Shown here: one piece after another, positions 29,104-37,288 of the stretch
Layout of the letters: every line of letters starts with the position of its first letter
Position numbering within the stretch: the first letter of the stretch is position 1
DNA from: Bacteroidota bacterium
GTDB taxonomy: Bacteria > Bacteroidota > Bacteroidia > Flavobacteriales > Weeksellaceae
Reading direction: 5' to 3'
DNA length: 40,496 nt
Assembly (NCBI GenBank): GCA_023388015.1
Contig: JAEWHB010000225.1
Location: 1-40,496 of the forward strand
The notes under the pieces: generated by a model
Seen by the model: the letters and a program-made list of their open reading frames with translations, nothing else
Databases searched by the model: none
What the model was told of the DNA's origin: nothing
Made by a program: the position numbers and the translations under genes

Positions 29104-30621
29104 ATGTCAGAAGTTAGAGTCCGATTTGCCCCAAGTCCGACCGGCCCTTTGCATATAGGTGGCGTGCGTACGGCTTTGTACAATTACCTTTTTGCCAAAA
29201 ACCATGGCGGTAAATTCCTGTTGAGAATTGAAGATACCGACCAGAACCGATATGTCCCCGGCGCCGAAGAATACATCATCGAATCCCTGAAATGGCTCGG
29301 TCTGGAACCCGATGAAGGCGTGGGTTACGAGGGTCCGCATGCGCCTTATCGCCAATCGGAACGAAAAGAAATTTATGCCAAATATGCAGAGGAACTCATC
29401 AGTTCCGGCAACGGCTATTATGCTTTTGATACACCGGAAGAACTGGACAAACTCCGTGCTGAAACAGAGTCCAAAGGCGAAACTTTTATTTATAATTCAC
29501 ACAACCGCAATGGTTTAAATAACTCCCTGAACCTGAGTACCGAAGAAGTTCAGGCAAAAATAGATTCGGGCGTTCCTTATGTGATTCGTTTCAAAATACC
29601 GGAAAATCAAACGGTTTTATTGGATGACCTGATTCGCGGAAAAATCTCCATCGACTCCAACACCCTAGACGATAAAGTTTTATACAAATCAGACGGTATG
29701 CCAACTTATCATCTGGCCAACATTGTGGATGACCATCTGATGGAAATCACACACGTAATTCGTGGAGAAGAATGGCTGCCTTCCATGCCGTTGCATGAAC
29801 TTTTGTACCAAGCATTTGGCTGGACACCGCCGAGATTTGCGCATTTGCCATTGATTTTAAAACCCGAAGGAAAAGGAAAATTGAGCAAACGCGACGGCGA
29901 CAAACACGGATTTCCGGTGTTCCCGCTTGAGTGGACAACCGACGAAGAGATTTCAAAAGGTTACCGAGAAGAAGGCTATCTGCCCGACGCGGTAGTGAAT
30001 ATGCTGGCGCTTCTGGGGTGGAATCCGGGAACCGAACAGGAGATTTTCACAATGGAGGAATTGATTGCCCAGTTCAGTCTGGAAAAAGTCAGTAAATCCG
30101 GTGCGCGATTCAATCCCGAAAAAACAATTTGGTTCAACCACCAATACATTCAACAAAAAACAGGAGAAGAAATCTTACCGGAATTTGAAAAGGCACTTCA
30201 GAAACAAGGGATTACAGCCGATTCTTTGTTTAATTTAAGTGTAATCGAATTGCTGAAAGAACGTGCGAATTTCATCCGTGATATTTTTGAACAAGGTAAA
30301 TTCTTTTACATAGCGCCAGATTCTTACGATGAAAAAGCGGTTTCGAAAGCCTGGAAAGAAGATTCGGCGGAACTAATTGCTGAATTTTCATCGGAATTAA
30401 ACAATTTATCCGAATTCAACCACGAGAATATTCATGAAGTCATTCAGCATTTCGTTCAGACAAAATCGATCGGATTTGGAAAGCTGATGATGCCCGTGCG
30501 ATTGGCGATGGTCGGAAGTCTTCAGGGTCCCGATGTTCCGTTGATCATGGAATTATTGGGCAAAGAAGAGGTTTTGAGCAGATTAAATGCAATGGGTGGT
30601 AAATTAAGTATCAAGTACTAA
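29104..30621 (+). CDS. gltX: Glutamate--tRNA ligase
   Basis: RVRFAPSPTGPLHIGG (HIGH), LRIEDTD, ITHVIRGEEW, KLSKR (KMSKS). Confidence 0.98.
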   Translation: MSEVRVRFAPSPTGPLHIGGVRTALYNYLFAKNHGGKFLLRIEDTDQNRYVPGAEEYIIESLKWLGLEPDEGVGYEGPHAPYRQSERKEIYAKYAEELISSGNGYYAFDTPEELDKLRAETESKGETFIYNSHNRNGLNNSLNLSTEEVQAKIDSGVPYVIRFKIPENQTVLLDDLIRGKISIDSNTLDDKVLYKSDGMPTYHLANIVDDHLMEITHVIRGEEWLPSMPLHELLYQAFGWTPPRFAHLPLILKPEGKGKLSKRDGDKHGFPVFPLEWTTDEEISKGYREEGYLPDAVVNMLALLGWNPGTEQEIFTMEELIAQFSLEKVSKSGARFNPEKTIWFNHQYIQQKTGEEILPEFEKALQKQGITADSLFNLSVIELLKERANFIRDIFEQGKFFYIAPDSYDEKAVSKAWKEDSAELIAEFSSELNNLSEFNHENIHEVIQHFVQTKSIGFGKLMMPVRLAMVGSLQGPDVPLIMELLGKEEVLSRLNAMGGKLSIKY

Positions 30622-30638
30622 GTATTAAGTATCAAGAC
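30606..30638. repeat. Heptamer tract AAGTAYY overlapping the gltX stop
   Basis: aagtatc aagtact aagtatt aagtatc aagac. Confidence 0.75.
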
Positions 30639-30648
30639 TGGTAATATA

Positions 30649-31280
30649 CGAGGTTCGAGGTTCGATATTAATCTTGGGTGGAAATGGCGTAAGAATTTTT
30701 AATTCCCTTTAGGGTTAGGGTAAAATTAAAAATTCTTTTTATTGCTTTTTAATACTTTTATTCTAACCACATAGTTACAATAGTTTATGAGCAAACAGTA
30801 TAGTGACTTGCGCACATAGCTATTCGAAGTTCGAAGTTCGATATTAATCTTGGGTAGAAGTGGCGTAAGAATTTTTAATTCCCTTTAGGGTTATGGGTAA
30901 AATTAAAAATACTTCTTACTGCTTTTTAACCACAAGGAACACAAGGTTTTTCAAAGCACACAAAATCCGTCTTAATACTTAATACTCAAATCTTAATACT
31001 TTTATTTCTAACCACATAGTTACAATAGTTTATGAGCAAACAGAAGTTTTCATAGTTGCTTGCGCACATAGCTATTCGAATTTCGAGGTTCGAGGTTCGA
31101 GGTTCGATATTAATATTAGGTAGAAGTGGCGTAAGAATTTTTAATTCCCTTTAGGGTTAGGGTAAAATTAAAAATTCTTCTTACTGCTTTTTAACCACAA
31201 GGAACACAAGGTTTTTCACAAAACACAAAATCCGTCTTAATACTTAATACTTCCATCTTGATACTTTTATTCTAACCACA
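30649..31280. repeat. Three tandem copies of a composite palindromic (REP/BIME-like) repeat
   Basis: Units begin 'atattaat' at 30665, 30841 and 31107. Each has a 14-bp inverted repeat aagaatttttaatt/aattaaaaattctt (one mismatch in unit 2) around ccctttagggtta(t)gggt, plus AACCACA-initiated modules and (AGGTTCG)n / (TTAATAC)n linkers. Confidence 0.92.
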
Positions 31281-31340
31281 ACTGAAATTTTTTTTCAAAA
31301 GTTTCTCCGACCTGTAAAAACGGATAAAATCCTCAAAAAG

Positions 31341-31370
31341 AAAAATCCGCCTTTTAAAAAGACGGATTTT
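31341..31370 (-). terminator. Intrinsic terminator
   Basis: AAAATCCG(C)CTTT..AAAGACGGATTTT hairpin immediately after the stop of 31374..31658. Confidence 0.75.
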
Positions 31371-31373
31371 GTT

Positions 31374-31658
31374 TTATGCTGTCAATTTTGACTTTTTCCT
31401 CAGCCAATAAACGCCTATTGCAATTCCTGCCATCGGCAAAAGCAAAAGCCAGTTGTCGATGGGGACTTGTGGATCTACCCCACCCGGATTAGGATCAGGA
31501 TCATTATTTAGTCCTTGTGTATATTCATAAGAACTATAAGGCTGAAAACTACGCCCTTGCTGACTTTCTTCACCTTGATACTCGGGTTCGTATTGTTCAA
31601 AAAATTGTCCAAAGGAAATAGTAGAGATGAAAAGGGTTAGAAATGCTAATTTTTTCAT
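31374..31658 (-). CDS. Small exported protein with PID-CTERM-like sorting tail
   Basis: Signal MKKLAFLTLFISTISFG|Q; acidic/Pro-Gly linker; tail VPIDNWLLLLPMAGIAIGVYWLRKK. Confidence 0.85.
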   Translation of the reverse strand: MKKLAFLTLFISTISFGQFFEQYEPEYQGEESQQGRSFQPYSSYEYTQGLNNDPDPNPGGVDPQVPIDNWLLLLPMAGIAIGVYWLRKKSKLTA

Positions 31659-31702
31659 GTTGTATTTTTTAAGCAGAAAACCCGAAAGCTTTCTGCTTTT
31701 GA

Positions 31703-34700
31703 TTATTGATTAATAACTTTTTTTGTAACTATATCACCTTTTTCAGTCAATACTTTCACTACCAAAATTTGGGTTGCCAATGAAGTTTTGCGAACCTGAT
31801 AGATATGTGCATTCACCTTATTATTTCTGTGAATGGTTCTACCACTCAAATCATATACTTCAACCGAAAGGATTTTCTCTTTCTCGGATTCGATAACGAT
31901 GTTTTCTTTGTTTTTGTAAATTTTTACGAGTCCATCATTCAAATCCTGCGTGCTCATCACTTCTTCAATTTTGTAAACGATTTCAAATCGAGTCGGAAAT
32001 TCTCCTTCTTCGGTAGAGAACCAATAATCAGCAAGTCTTAAGTCATGTTCTACCTGCATGAAATTGTCACGGATATAGATTTGAAAGTTTTCATCTGTAA
32101 AGAATCCGTCAAAGTCGTCCAGTCCGATTTTGAATTTACCAAATTCAGGTGCCTTGAATCCAAGTGGGACTACGTCTTCCACCTCAAAAGGTAAAGTCCT
32201 ACCCTGAACGGTGAATTTTTCTTCACCAATCCAGCTATAAAGAGGCGCGCCTCCCATTCTTCTCCCGTCAATCTGATGGTCAAATTCGTAAGTCGCTCCG
32301 GTCATGTAGCCGATGAGAATTTGAGCGATTTTCGTTTCGTTTTCGTCTGATAAGCTTAACCAATAACGATTTCTTTCAATTTCATTTACAGCTTGCTTCA
32401 AGAATACTCCCCTCTCTGTAGTTCGCATGGTGTTTTTGAAAACCACGTCCCAACTTTCTTGAGATTGCGTATTAGCAATGCTCGAATTCTCAACCACGAA
32501 ACCTTGTCCGATTTCAATTTTACCATTTGGAGTTGGAGCCGTTTCACCTCCCGGGTGCATACCTGCAGCGCCTAATCTCGTGTACGTAACATAGTTGTTG
32601 TTATAATATGCTAGGTTTGTTACATCAAAATGATGTGTCCAGAAATGAAGGGTTTCCACATTTGGATTTTCTGCAAAGAATCCCTCGGCGTCTTCTATGT
32701 TAATTGCCGACGGATAAGGATTCCCGACCATCGTATATTTACCAAATGCCGGAACCATTATATCACCGTTATGTGGTACCCCGGTAAATGTTTTCTCCCA
32801 AATGGCACCAGCTGAACCGATGGGATGTGGCCAGTTATTGGGTACACGTATGGAATAACCCCAACCCGGCTTGAAGGTATAGGTATTCATATTGAATAAA
32901 TTCCCTGTGATTTCTCCTACCGGAACTTCCCATTCTGTTGGAATCGGGTCTGGCATAGGGTAGTTTGCATCATTTACAAATACCGCCTTGAAGTGACGTG
33001 AATCTCCTTCTGTTGCTGCATTGTAACCATTGTAGATATAAAAACGGTTATTGAGCGTTCCGCTTGAGAACTCTTTCAAGTTTTGTCCTGCTACAGGAGA
33101 AGACCAGTAGGTCGCATCAAATTTGACCATTTCGGTTGTGTTTCGATTCACCGTGATATTACCCGAATTAACTGCATCCGGATTTATCTGAACCAAACTT
33201 GCATTGTTTTCCAATGTGAAACTTCCACTTGTAACGGTGATTTCATTGTCGATGGTTACACTGCTGTTGGAAGGAATCACCACATTCCCGCTTTGTACTT
33301 CTAACGAACAGCCCACCAAATCACCTGTTTCATTATAGTCCCCGGCAAAAAGAATTTTGGTATTTGGATTTGAAGGAACACCGTTTGACCAAGAAGAACC
33401 GTTCCAAGTGGTGGAATTGGCACAACCTGCATGGAATTGAACCGACCAGTCATGCAATACCGCATCTTCTCCATTCAATTTACCCACCAATCTCAAGTGT
33501 GGATAAATTTCAGAATCAATCCCCGAAATATCATGGGTTTTTTCTCCCGAACCGACTTGTGATATATCGGTATAACCCGAAATATTGGTAAAGTTAATCC
33601 CGTCTGATGAACCTTGAATATCAAATTTCAAATCCCCAGTTCCCGGCGTTTGATTCCATTTAAAAGTGTCATATCCGGTTGCTCCCTGAACCGAAGCCAA
33701 ATGAATCGGCGTGGAGGTGATGGTGCCGCTAGATGAGGAAGTTATCCTTAGATTGTCCACCATAAAATCCACCACTGCACCTCCTAAATTTCCAGAAGTA
33801 TAACCACTCCAGACAAATTTTATAATTTGATTAGGAATACGCTGTGCTACCTGAATATTAGCGATAGTATTCAACGTTGGCACATTACAAGAGCTATTTC
33901 CACTGGCACAATGATTAATTGTTGCAACCGTAACGCCCTCGTCATCAGACGAATTACCGCCAATAATTAATCGTAGGGTACCTCCATTGGAAAGACTTGA
34001 ATTAAAATTTTGACTATAAAGAGAGCGAGCGTCAAATATGATTTCTTCTATATTAGATAAATCAACGACTTGAGATATAACACCCCTACCTCCACTTCCT
34101 GCTGACCCTCCAAACATATGCATTCTAGCTGCTCTACCACCATCACTTGACCAGTTACCGCCATCTGAAATTGTTATTGTAATATTTGAATCTGTTTTAG
34201 ATGCACTCCAATCTGTATTGGTTTGAAAACTGGGATTCAAAATAGGGTTTGCGCTAACTGTTTGCCTTATCACATCTCCACCCACATCTGCAGTTAAACC
34301 CGATAAAACATCTGTCTGGAACTGCGCTTGTGTGGTTTGGAACCAATCCGGTATCTCTTGTGGATTTTGGTAGGTAAAACTATGTAATAGTGGCGACCAG
34401 GCACTCCAAACGTCATTTACCGCTGCTTTGGCTCGTGCTCTTACATAATAAGGTGTTCCGCTTATTGTAGGCGCAAAACCGTTAAATGTGAAATTAGCTT
34501 GGGTATTTAGGGGATAAGTTCCTGTGAAAGTCTGTGTCCAGCTAGTTCCACCTGTAAATGTTGGATTGGTATTGATTTCAATTTCATATTCATTAGCTTC
34601 TTCCGTTTGATGACTTAAACGGAAAATAGGCGTTGTGGTATTGATTCTACTGTTATTGAAAGTCAGCTGTTCTATTCCTCCATAATCATTAAATTTAACA

Positions 34701-35674
34701 TTGGTAGGTCGTGACTGCTCCCAGTTCCAAGTAATAGTAGAGTTTTGTGCTATTGTGAAATTTGTTGAATTACCAGTTCCTGTTGCCGGAACACTTCCTG
34801 TACCTGTCCAACCGATGATGTTATAACCAGGACGGGCACCTGCCGTAGCTGTAACTGATGAGTTATTGGAGTATGTGTGAGTTCCATCAGTAGGAGTACC
34901 TCCATAAGACTCTGATATAGTTAGGGTACGATCCGTAGGGATTGGGGTTCCTCTCACAATAATATCGTCTATAATAAAGCCCCCTCCTGTACCATAACAG
35001 CCATCGACCACCATTCTAAATGCCAATCTAAAATTAGCTTGGTTATTACGACTGGAGGGTAATGTCAAATTAGCAGTTTGAACTCCAGAGTTTCCATAAT
35101 ATAATCCTCCAGTAAACGTACCGTGCTCTCCCGTTGTTCCTCCCTGTCCTCCAGTCAAATCCATTAACCAAGTGACACCCCCATCAATAGAAGTGTTAAC
35201 AGTACCGTAGTCATAAACGGTTCCCCCATCTACTTCTCCTGAGGCTCTCCATTTGAACTCTACTGTAATATTTTCATAACCTACAGTTGAAACACCCACG
35301 TGAGCCCATCTTGTTGTTGTGGCTAATAATCCACAAGATGCTCCGTTATATGTTCGAAATGGAGTTCCACTATAATTTGGATTATTACCATTATAAAAAC
35401 CCATCCCTAAGGATCTCCCAGAGATAGGGGCAAAATTACCACTTCCTGCGTTACTGAAATTCCAGAGATGTCGCTGTGTGCTATATTGGCTAGCTGTCGA
35501 ACTGGCAAACCAACCATTCGTTCCTGACTGTGAAACTATGGTGTTGCTATAGGTTCCATTATTACCATCAAAATTTTGTTGATAGAGTATTGTTTGAGCT
35601 TTACTTTGAAGTGTAAAAAGCATACAAGCGAAGAGTAGAATCACATTAGCGATTCTAAGGTTTTCTTTCCTCAT
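31703..35674 (-). CDS. Large T9SS-secreted adhesin-like protein
   Basis: Signal peptide; N-terminal jelly-roll-like domain; FN3-like segment (YYVRARAK...WSAWS); TWNGSSWSNGVP / YWSSPV / GNPYPSAI / GQGF region; C-terminal VKIY...VEVYDLSGR...VVKV..EKG..TKKVI. Confidence 0.85.
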   Translation of the reverse strand: MRKENLRIANVILLFACMLFTLQSKAQTILYQQNFDGNNGTYSNTIVSQSGTNGWFASSTASQYSTQRHLWNFSNAGSGNFAPISGRSLGMGFYNGNNPNYSGTPFRTYNGASCGLLATTTRWAHVGVSTVGYENITVEFKWRASGEVDGGTVYDYGTVNTSIDGGVTWLMDLTGGQGGTTGEHGTFTGGLYYGNSGVQTANLTLPSSRNNQANFRLAFRMVVDGCYGTGGGFIIDDIIVRGTPIPTDRTLTISESYGGTPTDGTHTYSNNSSVTATAGARPGYNIIGWTGTGSVPATGTGNSTNFTIAQNSTITWNWEQSRPTNVKFNDYGGIEQLTFNNSRINTTTPIFRLSHQTEEANEYEIEINTNPTFTGGTSWTQTFTGTYPLNTQANFTFNGFAPTISGTPYYVRARAKAAVNDVWSAWSPLLHSFTYQNPQEIPDWFQTTQAQFQTDVLSGLTADVGGDVIRQTVSANPILNPSFQTNTDWSASKTDSNITITISDGGNWSSDGGRAARMHMFGGSAGSGGRGVISQVVDLSNIEEIIFDARSLYSQNFNSSLSNGGTLRLIIGGNSSDDEGVTVATINHCASGNSSCNVPTLNTIANIQVAQRIPNQIIKFVWSGYTSGNLGGAVVDFMVDNLRITSSSSGTITSTPIHLASVQGATGYDTFKWNQTPGTGDLKFDIQGSSDGINFTNISGYTDISQVGSGEKTHDISGIDSEIYPHLRLVGKLNGEDAVLHDWSVQFHAGCANSTTWNGSSWSNGVPSNPNTKILFAGDYNETGDLVGCSLEVQSGNVVIPSNSSVTIDNEITVTSGSFTLENNASLVQINPDAVNSGNITVNRNTTEMVKFDATYWSSPVAGQNLKEFSSGTLNNRFYIYNGYNAATEGDSRHFKAVFVNDANYPMPDPIPTEWEVPVGEITGNLFNMNTYTFKPGWGYSIRVPNNWPHPIGSAGAIWEKTFTGVPHNGDIMVPAFGKYTMVGNPYPSAINIEDAEGFFAENPNVETLHFWTHHFDVTNLAYYNNNYVTYTRLGAAGMHPGGETAPTPNGKIEIGQGFVVENSSIANTQSQESWDVVFKNTMRTTERGVFLKQAVNEIERNRYWLSLSDENETKIAQILIGYMTGATYEFDHQIDGRRMGGAPLYSWIGEEKFTVQGRTLPFEVEDVVPLGFKAPEFGKFKIGLDDFDGFFTDENFQIYIRDNFMQVEHDLRLADYWFSTEEGEFPTRFEIVYKIEEVMSTQDLNDGLVKIYKNKENIVIESEKEKILSVEVYDLSGRTIHRNNKVNAHIYQVRKTSLATQILVVKVLTEKGDIVTKKVINQ

Positions 35675-35741
35675 GAAAATTATTTTAGTTAGGTTGAAGA
35701 CTTTCTGTCAATTGACAGCCCTCATCGTCTTCGGTAAAAAT

Positions 35742-35774
35742 GAAAGAGCCCAAATGAGTACCTTCAGGCTCTTT
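35742..35774 (-). terminator. Hairpin between the two T9SS genes (possible partial terminator)
   Basis: GAAAGAGCC...GGCTCTTTC with a T run on the minus strand. Confidence 0.5.
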
Positions 35775-35787
35775 CTATGGATGTGGA

Positions 35788-36801
35788 TTATTTAACGATT
35801 TTCTGTGTAATCACTTCTCCGTTCTCCAAAGTTGCTTTCACTACGTAAACTCCTTTTGCCAACTGATTTCCTTTGATTCGGATTTCTTTGTTGTGGGTTG
35901 TGAAGTTGTTTACCAATTTACCGCTCAGGTCATAAACCTCAACATTCTGAATGTTTTTCGCAGTAGATTTTACTACAAATTCACCTCCGTCTTTGTAAAC
36001 TTTAACAGAAGCATTGTTCAGATCCTGTGTTCCCAATTCTTCGATCAGCGTTCCGCGAACGATGATGTCATCTACGATGAATCCTCCTCCTGAACCATAT
36101 CCTTCGTCAGCCACCATACGGAATGCCAAACGGAAGTTGGCTTGATTGGCTCTGCTTTCCGGCAGCGTTAAAACTGCAGTTTGTACACCTTCATTGTCAA
36201 AATACAAACCTCCCGCAAATGAACCGTGCTCAGAAGTTTCTCCTGCCTGACCACCTGTTTGATCCATCAACCATGTAGCGCCTCCGTCAATTGAAGTATT
36301 TACCGTTCCGTAGTCGTAAACAACTCCCTCGAAAACTTCACCTCCACATCTCCACTTGAATTCAATGGTGATGTTTTCGTATCCTTCTGTTGAGAAACCA
36401 ACATGCGCCCATCTTGTGGTATAGAAAGGTGCATCTGCAGGTTCTGCAGCATAATAATGGAAAGGCTCATTTGGAACCCATGGATCATTTCCATTGTAAA
36501 ATCCCATCCCCATAGATTTCCCTGAGATAGGCATTGTTACCGTGTTATTCCCTGCTGTGTCGTCAGAGAAATTCCACATATGTCTGTAAACGCCTCCATA
36601 TTGAGGATCGGTAGAACTTGAAATCCACCCGTTAGTTGCTGTATTTTGAGATACGATGGTATTGGTAAAATTACCATTGTTACCATCAAAGTTTTGTTGG
36701 TAAATAATTACTTCTTCTTGTCCTTGTGCAAATGACATGGCCGTAATAAAACCTGTTAAAAAAAGATTTCTAGTGATTTTTACTAGTACAGTTTTTTTCA
36801 T
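35788..36801 (-). CDS. T9SS type A substrate with a single jelly-roll-like domain
   Basis: Signal peptide; about 225-aa domain paralogous to the N-terminus of 31703..35674; CTD VEVYDLSGKLV...LAKGVYVVK...TQKIVK. Confidence 0.88.
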   Translation of the reverse strand: MKKTVLVKITRNLFLTGFITAMSFAQGQEEVIIYQQNFDGNNGNFTNTIVSQNTATNGWISSSTDPQYGGVYRHMWNFSDDTAGNNTVTMPISGKSMGMGFYNGNDPWVPNEPFHYYAAEPADAPFYTTRWAHVGFSTEGYENITIEFKWRCGGEVFEGVVYDYGTVNTSIDGGATWLMDQTGGQAGETSEHGSFAGGLYFDNEGVQTAVLTLPESRANQANFRLAFRMVADEGYGSGGGFIVDDIIVRGTLIEELGTQDLNNASVKVYKDGGEFVVKSTAKNIQNVEVYDLSGKLVNNFTTHNKEIRIKGNQLAKGVYVVKATLENGEVITQKIVK

Positions 36802-37288
36802 AAAGTCGTTTTTGTAATGTGTATGTGATTGTTAAAATTTCAGTATTGATTTTAGTTTTGATTACTAAATATTAATAATTTGGTAATCTCTATTTTTCGG
36901 ATTTATTACTATCCTTAAAATTTGCGCCAAGTACCAAATATTTGGTATGCCGCAAAAGAACTTGCCTATCTGTTTTCTATAATTTGAATACACTGTAAAA
37001 ATTAAACATCTGAAAATCAGTTATTTGGAAAAACCCCTGAAAAATTGAATATTTTCCTGATTTTATAATTTGAAAAGAAAAATTCTGGATTTCGAATAGT
37101 TTATTATCTTTACCACCCCTAAATACTATCTTGATTTTGCAGTTTTTGAGGTTATTTCCCGCAGAAACATTAGTATTCTTCTAAACAATTTTAAACCGCA
37201 ACTGAAAATGTTGGGGGCATTTCACCATGAAAATTCTGTTTTTTGATTTGGATGTTGAGAATATTAATAATTGATTATTCTTCTAAAG

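Noticed and set aside
30709..30720. TTAGGGTTAGGG telomere-like repeat
   Set aside because: Only two copies, and they are part of a CCCT-TT-AGGG hairpin in a bacterial repeat; coincidental.
30649..31280. CRISPR array
   Set aside because: Units are 176-266 bp, the sequence between palindromes is itself repeated rather than unique spacers, and there are no cas genes.
34940..36711. Diversity-generating retroelement TR/VR pair
   Set aside because: The similarity is at protein level with differences at all bases, not adenine-specific, and there is no reverse transcriptase.
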